A stretch of 64,000 nt of DNA from a virus. The stretch lies in IMG/VR virus record IMGVR_UViG_3300027749_000042, one strand, 5' to 3'. The notes below the pieces were generated by a model. That model saw only the letters and a program-made list of their open reading frames with translations, did not search any database and was not told where the DNA came from. This document shows, piece by piece, positions 15,129 to 25,098 of the stretch. The position numbers and the translations under genes are program-made. Position 1 is the stretch's first letter, and every line of letters starts with the position of its first letter.

Positions 15129-15524
15129 ATGGCTATCCTTCCAATCTACTACACCACCACCAATTTTCGCAAACGCAAGGCTTCGTTGCCCACACGCGCA
15201 TCCGAGGAGTCTGCTCGTAAAACTGCAGAACTTCTGGCGCGTGTGGGCTACGTCAAACGTGATCGTGCGCCAGTCAAAGCCAAAGCAGACCAGTGGCAGA
15301 ATGAGCGCAATGTGGCACCTTTGACAGATGCTATTCCTGGCGGCATTGCAGCCAAGCGCGACAAGCTCAATGACCACAAGTGGAAGCGTGGGCTTGAAGA
15401 GACCAAAGAGACAATCAAAGAAATCCAAAACAAGGCTGCGCGTACTGCACCCGCGTATTCCAAAGGCGCTTACCAGTATATCACTGATGGCGCAGATACC
15501 AAAACTCTCGGTCGTAAAATCTAG
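15129..15524 (+). CDS. Conserved T4-like hypothetical protein
   Basis: C-terminal APAYSKGAYQYIT motif; GGAG RBS. Confidence 0.75.
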   Translation: MAILPIYYTTTNFRKRKASLPTRASEESARKTAELLARVGYVKRDRAPVKAKADQWQNERNVAPLTDAIPGGIAAKRDKLNDHKWKRGLEETKETIKEIQNKAARTAPAYSKGAYQYITDGADTKTLGRKI

Positions 15525-15536
15525 GAGCTATATAAT

Positions 15537-15785
15537 ATGTGGACGAAGCAAGAAATTTTCGAGATGGCGCGTGACGGTGTTATCCGTGTGACGTTTACCA
15601 AGTCTGATGGGACAGAGCGTATTATGGTATGTTCATTGTTGGATCAATATCTTCCTCCTATCATGGAAGATGCGGAAGTAACAACGAAGGATAATCCAAA
15701 TGTTCTCGCAGTGATGGATCTTCAAGCGCGAAGCTGGCGCTCATTTCGAATTAATTCGGTTATTAAAGTGGAGACAATGGAATGA
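15537..15785 (+). CDS. SH3/WYL-like small protein
   Basis: VTFTKSDGTERIM...WRSFR. Confidence 0.8.
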   Translation: MWTKQEIFEMARDGVIRVTFTKSDGTERIMVCSLLDQYLPPIMEDAEVTTKDNPNVLAVMDLQARSWRSFRINSVIKVETME

Positions 15786-16765
15786 AACTTAAAATTACTG
15801 GCTTACGCGATACTGCAAAGCCGATGACAATTGATCCTGCACAAAATGGCACGTATGGGCATATCGGTTCGCAGGGCGGCACCGAGCAGATGTACAAGGG
15901 TCTTATGGACCGGTTGCCAGCTGAACTAAAAGAACCATTCAATATCATTTGTTCGCGTGTGCGCGAGGTAGATTCCTCGAAGCGAAATCTTCTTTGGTTG
16001 CATGATACCTGGGACGATCCTGAATCGCAGCATCTAAAAGAAAAGTCTAGTCTCGAACGGTTCGAAAAGCTGATCTTTGTTTCGAACTACCAGCAAGAAA
16101 CTTATAACATGGCGCTGCAGGTTCCTTATGATAAGGGTATCGTATTGCAGAACGCAATCGTTCCTATCGAGGATCATGTAAAGCCAGAAGGTACAATCAA
16201 TCTTATCTATCACACCACGCCACATCGTGGGCTAGAACTCCTTGCACCTGTCGTTGATTTTATGACAGATCGAGGAATTGATTACCATCTCGATGTTTAT
16301 TCGTCGTTTGCAATCTATGGTTGGGAACATCGAGACGATCCGTATCTGCCTCTTTTCGATAAGCTCAGAGCCAATCCTAATGTGACATATCATGGATTTC
16401 AACCTAATGTGGTTGTTCGTGAAGCTTTGAAGAAAGCACACATTTACGCATACCCAAACATCTGGCCCGAAACATCTGGCATTTCTGTTATTGAAGCCAT
16501 GAGTGCTGGCTGTGATGTTGTGTGTCCTAATTTCGCTGCATTGCCTGAGACAACTGCCAACTTCGCTACGATGTACGGTTGGTCAGAAGATGCCAACGTC
16601 CATGCGAACAGATTTGCCGGACTTCTAATGTTAGCTATCAAGAATTTCTGGGATCAGAATAATCAAAACAAGTTGAACTTCCAGAAAATGTACACCAACA
16701 ATTTCTACAATTGGGACTATCGCATTCAGCAGTGGGTTGGCTTCCTTGGCGGACTTAAAGGTTGA
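15782..16765 (+). CDS. GT-B glycosyltransferase (GT4-like)
   Basis: GGTE, PHRGL, ETSGISVIEAMSAG (EX7E). Confidence 0.88.
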   Translation: MKLKITGLRDTAKPMTIDPAQNGTYGHIGSQGGTEQMYKGLMDRLPAELKEPFNIICSRVREVDSSKRNLLWLHDTWDDPESQHLKEKSSLERFEKLIFVSNYQQETYNMALQVPYDKGIVLQNAIVPIEDHVKPEGTINLIYHTTPHRGLELLAPVVDFMTDRGIDYHLDVYSSFAIYGWEHRDDPYLPLFDKLRANPNVTYHGFQPNVVVREALKKAHIYAYPNIWPETSGISVIEAMSAGCDVVCPNFAALPETTANFATMYGWSEDANVHANRFAGLLMLAIKNFWDQNNQNKLNFQKMYTNNFYNWDYRIQQWVGFLGGLKG

Positions 16766-16790
16766 CAATACCTAAGCTGTGTGATATGAT
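16762..16790 (+). promoter_or_regulatory. sigma70-type promoter
   Basis: TTGACA-17nt-TATGAT. Confidence 0.7.
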
Positions 16791-16816
16791 GTTCTCTAAT
16801 ATGAAAGGATCAATAC

Positions 16817-17944
16817 ATGGCTAAGAGTCTGCTACAGATGGCACCCAAGAAGAAGGTCAAGCGGATCACACCGCGCGGGCTAGATCAGAAGTATCTTGGT
16901 GAAGAGCCGACTTGGGAGGATCAACAGTTCCTTGGTGAGTCAGCTCTTTCATCAAAGATTGCTGGCGCATATAATTGGTACAACTATTTTTCAAACTCCA
17001 AGATGAACCGTGAGTTCCTCGAGGAGTTTATGGTTGCTGAAGGTATGTCCAAAGCTGCTTTGCAGATGATGAATAAGGTTGATGACCATCACATTCTCCC
17101 TAGCATATGGAAGATGGCGCGTATGATTACGATGGGTTACGATGCTCCCAAAGAGCGTCGGATAATCCTATTCAATGACATTACCGAAATTGTGAAGCGT
17201 GGTATTGCTATCGCTGAGGCTGAAAGGCCGCCGTCCGCTATGTCCAAAAGCACGGTGACAAACAATCTGCTGGCTGATGTTGAGTCTATGGTAGATGCTA
17301 ATGATGAACAGCTCACCAAATTTTACGAACTCCTGAAAAACAAAGCACCAAAGCCGGCGATGGTTACAGATATTGCTAACTATTACCAGCCGTGGGTTGA
17401 TGAAATGAAGGAAGCATACGCAACAAAAGACACCGATTTCAAGTATGCTTATCGTCATATGACCAAGAAACAAATCAAGGAGCGCATTGCTCTATTTGAA
17501 GGAATCATTAATGATTGCAAGTCTTATGTGGGTAATAATCGCAAGGCTGTTGTACGCAAGCCACGCAAGATCAAACCTAAGAGCGATACCGTTATCGTCA
17601 AAAGCCTCAAGTGCCAGAAGGAAGACGTTGACCTGAAAATCGTCAGCATTGACCCTACCAAGATCGTCGGCGCTAAAGAGTTGTGGACATTTAACACTAA
17701 ATATAATGTTCTCGCGCACTACGTTTCTGATACAGGTTTGTCTGTAAAGGGAACAACTCTTCAAAATGTAAATGATAAGTTGTCCTCGCAAAAGAAACTT
17801 CGTAAGCCAGATCAGGTGTTGCCTGGTATCACTGGATCTACATCCAAAGCTGCCATCAGGTCGTTTGAAGCTATCACAACCAAGGCCAGTGAACCAAATG
17901 GACGAATCAACGAATACACAGTCCTTCTTCGTGCAATCAAATAA
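16817..17944 (+). CDS. Conserved T4-like hypothetical protein
   Basis: NWYNY, SIDPTKIVGAKELWTFNTK, KKLRKP, NGRIN. Confidence 0.8.
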   Translation: MAKSLLQMAPKKKVKRITPRGLDQKYLGEEPTWEDQQFLGESALSSKIAGAYNWYNYFSNSKMNREFLEEFMVAEGMSKAALQMMNKVDDHHILPSIWKMARMITMGYDAPKERRIILFNDITEIVKRGIAIAEAERPPSAMSKSTVTNNLLADVESMVDANDEQLTKFYELLKNKAPKPAMVTDIANYYQPWVDEMKEAYATKDTDFKYAYRHMTKKQIKERIALFEGIINDCKSYVGNNRKAVVRKPRKIKPKSDTVIVKSLKCQKEDVDLKIVSIDPTKIVGAKELWTFNTKYNVLAHYVSDTGLSVKGTTLQNVNDKLSSQKKLRKPDQVLPGITGSTSKAAIRSFEAITTKASEPNGRINEYTVLLRAIK

Positions 17945-18263
17945 TATCGTAAAGTTTCCGAAAAATAATCCTCGCGCACATGTGATCGTGATAGACGACA
18001 ACGATGAGGAACGGATTAAGTTCAAGCATGACTTTGTAGACCAAGCGGTACATGATGTTGGCAAAAAGCTTATGTACCTCTTGTCGACCAAAGGCTTCGA
18101 TATAACCACGCCAGAGTTTGACGATAGCTATACGTTCACGATGGAATCCCTTCGTGCTACTCTCTTGCAGTCCATGGGTGTTAGCCATCCTTTCCTCATC
18201 TTTATCAATGACTTCATAGAAGGTTTGAATAAGCTTGATGAAGAGCTTGACGACGACGAATAA
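17898..18263 (+). CDS. Hypothetical protein
   Basis: NIVKFPK motif, acidic tail. Confidence 0.6.
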   Translation: MDESTNTQSFFVQSNNIVKFPKNNPRAHVIVIDDNDEERIKFKHDFVDQAVHDVGKKLMYLLSTKGFDITTPEFDDSYTFTMESLRATLLQSMGVSHPFLIFINDFIEGLNKLDEELDDDE

Positions 18264-18301
18264 TCCGTGTACTATACAGAATGAAATAAGGAACCGTGGT
18301 A

Positions 18302-19162
18302 ATGATTCTCGTTGACTTTAGCCAAGTTATGATATCCAATCTGATGGTTCAATTGTCCAACAATGACCAGAAGCTTGATGAATCAATGGTCCGCCATATG
18401 GTTCTTTCAAGCTTGCGTATGTACAAGCAAAAGTTTCCTGAGTATGGCGAGATTGTCGTTTGTTGCGATGGTCCGTCATATTGGCGTCGGCAGGTATTCC
18501 CTCACTACAAGGCCAATCGGAAGAAGAACCGTGACAGTTCTGGGCATGATTGGGCTACCATCTTTGAATCCCTCCACAGAATCCGTGACGAGATTCGCGA
18601 CAACATGCCATATCCTGTGCTGATCTTTGATCGCGCAGAGGCCGATGATGTTATCGCTTCTCTGTGTCATGCATATGGTGAGACGATGAACTTGCCTACC
18701 GCTGAAAAGATCCTCATTCTTTCCAGTGATAAGGACTTCGCTCAGCTCCAGAAGTATGCCAACGTCCAGCAATACTCGCCCATCATGCGAAAGCATATTG
18801 CTATTGATAACCCTGAGCGGTTCAAGCAGTACCACATTCTGCAAGGCGATAGTGGCGATGGTGTGCCAAACTTCCTGTCCGTCGATGACACCTTCGTGTC
18901 TGGTGGTAGACAGAAGCCATTGCCCAAGAAGAAGCTTGAGGAGTGGACTACGCTCCAGCCCGAAGCATATTGCACTGGTGAAATGCTGCGAAACTATTAT
19001 CGCAATAAGAAGCTGGTCGACCTTGATGAGGTGCCTCAGGAATTGCAGACGCAATGCGTTGAGGCTTATCGTTCATACGAGCGGCAGCCGCGCAGTAAGA
19101 TCCTCAACTACTTCATTCAGAACCGCTTGCGTACACTAACGGAATCTATTGGAGAATTTTGA
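18302..19162 (+). CDS. rnh: T4-like RNase H (5'-3' exonuclease)
   Basis: YWRR..FPHYKANR, EADD, SSDKDF.QL, GDSGDGVPN. Confidence 0.95.
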   Translation: MILVDFSQVMISNLMVQLSNNDQKLDESMVRHMVLSSLRMYKQKFPEYGEIVVCCDGPSYWRRQVFPHYKANRKKNRDSSGHDWATIFESLHRIRDEIRDNMPYPVLIFDRAEADDVIASLCHAYGETMNLPTAEKILILSSDKDFAQLQKYANVQQYSPIMRKHIAIDNPERFKQYHILQGDSGDGVPNFLSVDDTFVSGGRQKPLPKKKLEEWTTLQPEAYCTGEMLRNYYRNKKLVDLDEVPQELQTQCVEAYRSYERQPRSKILNYFIQNRLRTLTESIGEF

Positions 19163-19437
19163 TGACGGATCGGTTAGAGCGCGATATCACAGCGATGGAA
19201 AAAGAAATCCGGCAGTTAAAAACAAAGCTGGATAATTCCATCATTGATATCCGTGCAGTCAATTTTTATGGTTGGGTTAATTCTGCGCCAGCTATAAAAG
19301 CTAGAACTTGGGAAGTGGTGCGTCACGAAATTCAATACAAGCGTCAGGGGTCATCTGAGTGGGTATCTATTCCCACAATCAATCGAGACGATGAAAATTC
19401 ATATATAAAGATTGAAATACCAACTGGAGAACTTTAA
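19162..19437 (+). CDS. Hypothetical protein
   Basis: Abutting ORF. Confidence 0.55.
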   Translation: MTDRLERDITAMEKEIRQLKTKLDNSIIDIRAVNFYGWVNSAPAIKARTWEVVRHEIQYKRQGSSEWVSIPTINRDDENSYIKIEIPTGEL

Positions 19438-19439
19438 GA

Positions 19440-19874
19440 ATGAAAGCATTTCAAGACTGGCCCTGCATTGATATGGCAAAGTATGCCGAATTTGTTATGG
19501 CTGTGACAAGTAAGGAAAGTCGTGTAGCTGCGGATTTTCTTGACAGAGTGCGTGAAATACACTATGATAAGGATACAGTCATTAATGTGCCATTGCTTCT
19601 GACTGCGATGATTGGCTTGACCAGTGAAGCTGGCGAGGCCCAAGAAATCCTCAAGAAGGTTTTGTTTCAGGGCAAGCCATACACCGAAGAAACTCGTTAC
19701 CACCTAATGTGCGAACTCGGTGACGTAATTTGGTATTGGGTCAATGCGTGTAATGCGTTGCAGATTGATCCGAATAAGGTAATTGCATTGAATGTGGAGA
19801 AGCTTCAGGCTAGATATCCTGGTGGCACATTCGATGCCTTCTATTCTGAAAATCGTAAGGAAGGTGATATCTAA
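19440..19874 (+). CDS. mazG: MazG-like nucleotide pyrophosphohydrolase
   Basis: GL.SEAGE..E..KK, ELGDV.WY, N..KL..RYP. Confidence 0.9.
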   Translation: MKAFQDWPCIDMAKYAEFVMAVTSKESRVAADFLDRVREIHYDKDTVINVPLLLTAMIGLTSEAGEAQEILKKVLFQGKPYTEETRYHLMCELGDVIWYWVNACNALQIDPNKVIALNVEKLQARYPGGTFDAFYSENRKEGDI

Positions 19875-20167
19875 TGGTTAAGAAGTTGGTGTTGGTAGAA
19901 GCAATCTCGCAGTACCGCATGACGTATGTTATGGAAGTCGAAGACGATCCACAGCATGCCTTGGATGCGCTCACACTAGGTGAAGCCACAGAAGAAATGA
20001 GTCAGGAGTGGTTAGGTGAAACTATTTTCTCCCATCAAGAGATTACTGATGAACAGTATCTCAAAATTTTCAACGAAAGAAACGGTTACCTCGAAACTTG
20101 GACCGACGATCAAAAGCGAAAGTTCATTTATCGAGTTGACTATACAGGAGGATCCGTGGATGAATAA
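19874..20167 (+). CDS. Hypothetical protein
   Basis: Coupled ORF, SQEWLGETI motif. Confidence 0.65.
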   Translation: MVKKLVLVEAISQYRMTYVMEVEDDPQHALDALTLGEATEEMSQEWLGETIFSHQEITDEQYLKIFNERNGYLETWTDDQKRKFIYRVDYTGGSVDE

Positions 20168-20582
20168 GCGACCGCCATTGGCAGGTATTATCGCAAAGAT
20201 TGAACTTCAAAAGACGAAGGCTAAACAGGTCGAGTTTTTGAGAAAGTACAGTTGCAAGGAACTCAAGATCGTACTTGGTTATGGTATGGACCCTGGTGTG
20301 AAGTGGTTGCTTCCTGAAACCGATCCTCCATACAAGGCTCTTGAGGAGTCTACTGATCAGGAAGGGCGCTTCTATAATGAGATCAACAAGCTTGAATATT
20401 TCATTGCATCGCCTGAAGGTTTGAATGTCAATCAGGTTCGTCGTGAGGTTCTTTTCATTCAGATCCTCGAGACAATTGATCCGCGCGATGCCAAGCTTCT
20501 TTTGCGTATGAAGAACAAGCAATTGAAGGTCAAGGTCGATGCGGTCAAGGAAGCGTTTCCTAATCTAACCACTAACTGGTAA
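20160..20582 (+). CDS. Conserved T4-like hypothetical protein
   Basis: WLLPE..PPY, RREVLFIQILE. Confidence 0.75.
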   Translation: MNKRPPLAGIIAKIELQKTKAKQVEFLRKYSCKELKIVLGYGMDPGVKWLLPETDPPYKALEESTDQEGRFYNEINKLEYFIASPEGLNVNQVRREVLFIQILETIDPRDAKLLLRMKNKQLKVKVDAVKEAFPNLTTNW

Positions 20583-20588
20583 GGTAAA

Positions 20589-21191
20589 ATGAACACAGCA
20601 TTTGTTATTGGTAACGGTATGTCGCGCACTGGTTTTGATTTGCTTCGCTTGAAGCCTTTCGGTACCGTGTTTGGTTGCAATGCTCTTTATCGGCAGTATT
20701 ATCCTGACTATGAGTTGCCCGATTATCTGGTGGCTATTGATGAAGGTATCATGCGCGAGATTGAAGCTTCGGACTTTCCGTCCAAGCGCGTGATCTTTCC
20801 TCCGATTGATGAGCGGTGGGAACCCGCTTCATGCAATCAGGGCCGTCCGCGTAGCAATGCTGGCATGAACGCAATGCGCGAGGCTATCAAGTTGGACTTT
20901 GACCAGCTGATCTGCCTCGGGTATGATTTCCTCATCAAGGATCCCGCTGCGTCTGTGTCCAATCTTTTTCATGGTACAGACAACTACGGACCCGAGACAC
21001 GCGCAAGCGCGAACGATAACCCTGGGCGTGTTCGCTACCTTCAGTGGCTCGTCAATCAGCATCCCGAGATTGATTTCATTTTCATCTTCCCCTCGGATGC
21101 TATCGTAACGCCTATTGAAGGTCCTAACGTGTTTATCAATACCTACGAAAACCTTCAGCAGTTTACAACCCAACTTGTGGATGCTCAATAA
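20589..21191 (+). CDS. DUF115/MptE-like Rossmann protein
   Basis: FVIGNG.SR, GCNALYR, PDYLVAID, LGYDF. Confidence 0.65.
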   Translation: MNTAFVIGNGMSRTGFDLLRLKPFGTVFGCNALYRQYYPDYELPDYLVAIDEGIMREIEASDFPSKRVIFPPIDERWEPASCNQGRPRSNAGMNAMREAIKLDFDQLICLGYDFLIKDPAASVSNLFHGTDNYGPETRASANDNPGRVRYLQWLVNQHPEIDFIFIFPSDAIVTPIEGPNVFINTYENLQQFTTQLVDAQ

Positions 21192-21556
21192 TGAATATGC
21201 CTGCGGCCCTTGATCTCGCTCTTTCTATCTTCATCTGGTTTAGTTCATCAGCCTTCGGCTACTTTGCAGCACGATGGTTCTGCCGCAAGTTCCTGGATAA
21301 GGATGATGATGTCGTTTCGCTAGGTACGGTATCTGCGGACGATATCATGGACTTTTCAGATGATGATAAGCCTTTCGTTCCCGTGAAGATTATCAAGGAG
21401 AATGGTCTCCATTATGCATGGTTTACCAATAACAACCTATTTGCAGGCCAAGCGGTGAGCGACGCCGAAATCCGCCTGACGGTTCAGGATCATCTTCTCG
21501 ACCAGCTTGGGTTGAAGATAGCCTACGCCTATGAAGAACCAGAAACTGTTGCATAA
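21191..21556 (+). CDS. Hypothetical membrane-anchored protein
   Basis: N-terminal hydrophobic helix. Confidence 0.6.
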   Translation: MNMPAALDLALSIFIWFSSSAFGYFAARWFCRKFLDKDDDVVSLGTVSADDIMDFSDDDKPFVPVKIIKENGLHYAWFTNNNLFAGQAVSDAEIRLTVQDHLLDQLGLKIAYAYEEPETVA

Positions 21557-21601
21557 TTTATTACAAAAATAATTCGTTTTTCTGAAATTATTTTTTCTAG
21601 T

Positions 21602-21646
21602 GATTTCAATGACTTAGTGGCATCCCTTTGCTAAGTTGTTGATTTT
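21602..21646. promoter_or_regulatory. Inverted pair of IHF-like sites
   Basis: TTTCAATGACTTA (+) and AATCAACAACTTA (-) versus WATCAANNNNTTR, in an AT-rich gap. Confidence 0.55.
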
Positions 21647-21673
21647 GCTAGAGTTTTTTATAGGAGGGTACCA

Positions 21674-21702
21674 TTGACAATGGGGTGGATCTCTGGTATT
21701 AT
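21674..21702 (+). promoter_or_regulatory. Early sigma70 promoter
   Basis: TTGACA-17nt-TATTAT. Confidence 0.8.
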
Positions 21703-22057
21703 TAGAATATAAGATGAGTTGAGAGACAAGAGAGACCTTGAGCATGACAATAGCAGATACCGCCCTAATCTTCTCCCCCTTCATCGCACTGGCTACGGTC
21801 ATGCTGGTGGCTTTCGCCATCGTCGCCGTCCTCGACAACCGCTAACAGGAGCTTGACAATATGGAATATGCAACCTTCACCGCCGTTCTCCTCATTGTCG
21901 CGTTCGTGTCGTTTTGTGTCGGCGTCCGAATGGGTTCGGCCTACGTTGCCAAGCGTATGATCGAGGAGTTCGGCAAGTGAACACCGACACAACCACCACC
22001 CAGACCGACGATTACCAGATTCCCTACGTCTCCCTTCGCTAATACAGGAACTTGACA

Positions 22058-22261
22058 ATGACTGCTTTTCCCCGCGCCTTCACCGTTTACGGCTCTTTCT
22101 ACGGCTCGGACGAGCTTCCCGAGGCCGTCGCGTCTTTCCCCACCTATCTCGAGGCTGAGATTTTCATCCGTCATTACCACGACACCGACCCGGTGGTTGA
22201 GTATGATCGGTACCTTATTGAGATGACCGTCGGTGGTGTTCGCTTCGCCGCCTACGCCTAA
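22058..22261 (+). CDS. Early small hypothetical protein
   Basis: AGGA RBS, GC-richer codon style. Confidence 0.6.
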   Translation: MTAFPRAFTVYGSFYGSDELPEAVASFPTYLEAEIFIRHYHDTDPVVEYDRYLIEMTVGGVRFAAYA

Positions 22262-22276
22262 TACAGGAGCACAGCA

Positions 22277-22495
22277 ATGTCCAAAGTGGCTATCCGACCA
22301 AGTGTGGCAGAATTCCTTGAAAAGTATCCGACCGTTGATGGCTATACCTTGCTTTGTGTTTGCGAGGAAATCAACCGTCGTACCGGTGCTGGTATTGGCG
22401 CTTACGGAATTCTGACGCAAGCCTTGCTTCTCGACAACGCCGGTAAATACCTAGTCCGCGTTTGCGAATCCTTCCAGAACCAATCTTCCAACTGA
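22277..22495 (+). CDS. Early small hypothetical protein
   Basis: AGGAG RBS. Confidence 0.65.
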   Translation: MSKVAIRPSVAEFLEKYPTVDGYTLLCVCEEINRRTGAGIGAYGILTQALLLDNAGKYLVRVCESFQNQSSN

Positions 22496-22500
22496 GGTAA

Positions 22501-22944
22501 ATGAAAATGGCTACTCGTTCCGCTATCGGCTTCCAGGAATTTGACGGCACCGTGACTGGCATTTATTGCCATTGGGATGGCTACCTCGAGGGCGTGGGTC
22601 GCACCCTTGTTGAGAGCTATTCGGACCTTGAGACCGTTCTCGACCTTATCGACCACGGCGATGTTTCGTCCCTTGATGCCACGATCGGTATCGCTCACCC
22701 GTTCTCCCGCTTCGGCACTGACCTGACTGACCAGCAGTGGGAGTCGCTTTACGGCGGCATGACCACCTTCTACACCCGCGACCGTGGCGAGACTACGCCT
22801 GCGCGTGACTTTACGGACGCCGACGCTTTCGTGGCTCATTACAGCGATTGCGAGTTTTTCTACCTGTTTGACGGCCACACCTGGTCGTACCGTACTCGCC
22901 GTACCACGGACTTTGTGCCCGTGACGGTCGAACTCCACGCTTGA
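22501..22944 (+). CDS. Conserved phage early protein
   Basis: MATRSAIG...IYCHWDGY motif. Confidence 0.75.
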   Translation: MKMATRSAIGFQEFDGTVTGIYCHWDGYLEGVGRTLVESYSDLETVLDLIDHGDVSSLDATIGIAHPFSRFGTDLTDQQWESLYGGMTTFYTRDRGETTPARDFTDADAFVAHYSDCEFFYLFDGHTWSYRTRRTTDFVPVTVELHA

Positions 22945-22969
22945 CAATCCGATCCAAACCAGCTATTAT
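22941..22969 (+). promoter_or_regulatory. Early sigma70 promoter
   Basis: TTGACA-17nt-TATTAT, same TATTATTAG as the 21674 promoter. Confidence 0.8.
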
Positions 22970-22992
22970 TAGAGAATAGAAGGAGAGAACGA

Positions 22993-23271
22993 ATGGCACA
23001 TTATGGCTTTCACGAAGCACTCAAGCATGGCTTTGTAGTCGCGTCCGATCCCGCGCTAGATTGGGTCGTGGTCTGGAATGGCTTCAAGACCTTCAGCGTG
23101 TATGACCTTTGCACCGACGCCAACTGGAAGACCGGCCTGAACGAGGTTGATATGTTCACGTCGGATGTGGCTGACCACGAGGATGCCAAGCAATCCGCAG
23201 CCGACTATTTTGCCCGTATCTATGCCAGCTTTGAGGAAATTGAAGCCGAAGCAACCTTGATGGGAGTTTAA
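22993..23271 (+). CDS. Early hypothetical protein
   Basis: AAGGAG RBS. Confidence 0.7.
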   Translation: MAHYGFHEALKHGFVVASDPALDWVVVWNGFKTFSVYDLCTDANWKTGLNEVDMFTSDVADHEDAKQSAADYFARIYASFEEIEAEATLMGV

Positions 23272-23273
23272 AA

Positions 23274-23465
23274 ATGACCAAGCTTTATATTAGCCAGCGC
23301 GATGCTTGGGATGTTTCCGACTATGTGGAACAGCTTATGACCCTCAGTGAGGTCGTGGAAGTTCCTGGCGTGAATGAGCAAATCAGCCAGCTTCGGTATG
23401 AGATGCTACATAAGTTTACCAAGGAAGAACTTGAAGCCCAGGGCGTCGTCCCTCTCAACGGTTAA
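23274..23465 (+). CDS. Early hypothetical protein
   Basis: GGGAG RBS. Confidence 0.65.
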   Translation: MTKLYISQRDAWDVSDYVEQLMTLSEVVEVPGVNEQISQLRYEMLHKFTKEELEAQGVVPLNG

Positions 23466-23476
23466 GGAGTAATAAC

Positions 23477-23965
23477 ATGCCGAATTGGTGCAGCAATACC
23501 ATCACTGTTTCCCATGAAGATGGCGAGCAAATGGCTAAGTTTGAGAAGGCTATGGGCGAAGGCAATCTGTTTCAGACCTTCGTTCCGCTTTCGAGCGGCG
23601 AGTGGGACTACGGTACTGCCTGCGAGGAGTGGGGTACCAAGTGGGACGTGAATGGTGGTGATTTCAATTTTGATGATATGGCTGGCGATTATAATACTGG
23701 CTTTGGTTTCTTTGATACAGCCTGGGGCCCTCCGATTGCTTTCTATGAAGCAATGAAGGAGCTTGGTTTCCAGATCACTGCTACTTACCACGAGCCGGGC
23801 CTCGCTTTCATTGGTCAGTGGTCCAATGAAGATGGCGACGAGTGTTTCGAATATGACTTCGAACAGGAAGACTGGCGTGATGGCATTCCAGAGGAACTGA
23901 CCGAGCAGCTAGAAGCTGATTACGATTCCTGGCTTGAATCCCAAGAAGAGATTGAGGAGGAATAA
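23477..23965 (+). CDS. DUF1281/YubB ferredoxin-like protein
   Basis: MPNWCSN, WGTKWD, FDTAWGPP, YHEPG. Confidence 0.8.
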   Translation: MPNWCSNTITVSHEDGEQMAKFEKAMGEGNLFQTFVPLSSGEWDYGTACEEWGTKWDVNGGDFNFDDMAGDYNTGFGFFDTAWGPPIAFYEAMKELGFQITATYHEPGLAFIGQWSNEDGDECFEYDFEQEDWRDGIPEELTEQLEADYDSWLESQEEIEEE

Positions 23966-23967
23966 TC

Positions 23968-24231
23968 ATGCCGTACAAGACCGTCGAAGTTTGGATTGAT
24001 GACGAGGAAATTAAAGAGGGTATCGACGAATTTGATGACCAGGACCTCATTGACGAACTGGAACATCGTGGGTACTACGTCGAGAAAACAATCGCAATTT
24101 CTGGTGAGACCACGGACTCAATTGCAACGGCAATCTGGGCGCTGTACCAAGCATATATAACCGAGACCGATGCAGGTTTCAGACGAACCGCAGCTAAGGT
24201 ATTCTGGGAACATTTAGGAAAGACGGCCTAA
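23968..24231 (+). CDS. Hypothetical protein
   Basis: GGAGG RBS; DLIDELEHRG. Confidence 0.65.
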   Translation: MPYKTVEVWIDDEEIKEGIDEFDDQDLIDELEHRGYYVEKTIAISGETTDSIATAIWALYQAYITETDAGFRRTAAKVFWEHLGKTA

Positions 24232-24467
24232 TGAACGAACTTATCCACGCCGAAATCAAGATTAGCTTTATGAACTGGATCCAATCCGAAATCTTTCGGA
24301 TCAAGGAAAACAATCCAGAAATTCGTGTGGGTCGGATCGCTCAGGATGTGACCGACACCGCATTTGCGGTTTTGCTCGGCGTGTGGGAAACCTCTCACGG
24401 TGCAAAGCAGATGGCCGAAGAGTTCTACCAAGTGGCTGATGCAATGGTGGCTAAGGCTAACCGCTAA
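24231..24467 (+). CDS. Hypothetical protein
   Basis: Coupled ORF. Confidence 0.6.
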   Translation: MNELIHAEIKISFMNWIQSEIFRIKENNPEIRVGRIAQDVTDTAFAVLLGVWETSHGAKQMAEEFYQVADAMVAKANR

Positions 24468-24478
24468 AGGATGATGAT

Positions 24479-25069
24479 ATGTTGATTGGTCTCTGTGGTC
24501 TCATTGGTTCTGGTAAGGGTACCGTCGCTGAATATCTCATGGAAGAGCATTACTTCCTTGGTGCTTCCTTCGCTGAAAAGCTGAAGGATGCCTGCGCTTG
24601 CATCTTCGGATGGGATCGTGATATGCTTGAAGGTGATACGCCTGAGAGCCGTCGCTTGCGTGAAATAGTTGATCCCTGGTGGGCCGATCGGCTTGGCATT
24701 CCTCATTTCAGTCCTCGGTTTGCACTCCAGCACGTCGGTACTGAGGTCATGCGTGGTACATTGCATCCTGATATCTGGGTGTTGGCTACTGAGCGGATGC
24801 TGAGCTACCATCTGTCGTTGGACTTCTCTGAGAACATTGTTATTGCCGATGTCCGCTTTCCCAATGAGATAGCTATGATCCGTCGGCTTGGCGGGCAAGT
24901 CTGGCATATCCAGCGTGGCAAATTGCCTGACTGGTTTGGCAAGAAGCATCCTGCTGGCATCCATGAGTCCGAATATGCATGGAATAATGAGACCTTTGAC
25001 CTGACGATCCATAACAATGAGACGATGAGTAGCCTATACAAAAAGGTTGACACCATCGTCCAGAAGTGA
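24479..25069 (+). CDS. Deoxynucleoside monophosphate kinase (T4 gp1-like)
   Basis: GLIGSGKGT P-loop, SFA..LKD, LQHVGTEVMR, DVRFPNE, HESE. Confidence 0.92.
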   Translation: MLIGLCGLIGSGKGTVAEYLMEEHYFLGASFAEKLKDACACIFGWDRDMLEGDTPESRRLREIVDPWWADRLGIPHFSPRFALQHVGTEVMRGTLHPDIWVLATERMLSYHLSLDFSENIVIADVRFPNEIAMIRRLGGQVWHIQRGKLPDWFGKKHPAGIHESEYAWNNETFDLTIHNNETMSSLYKKVDTIVQK

Positions 25070-25075
25070 TATGAT
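25047..25075 (+). promoter_or_regulatory. sigma70-type promoter
   Basis: TTGACA-17nt-TATGAT. Confidence 0.7.
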
Positions 25076-25098
25076 GTTTCCACAATAGGAGATCAAGC

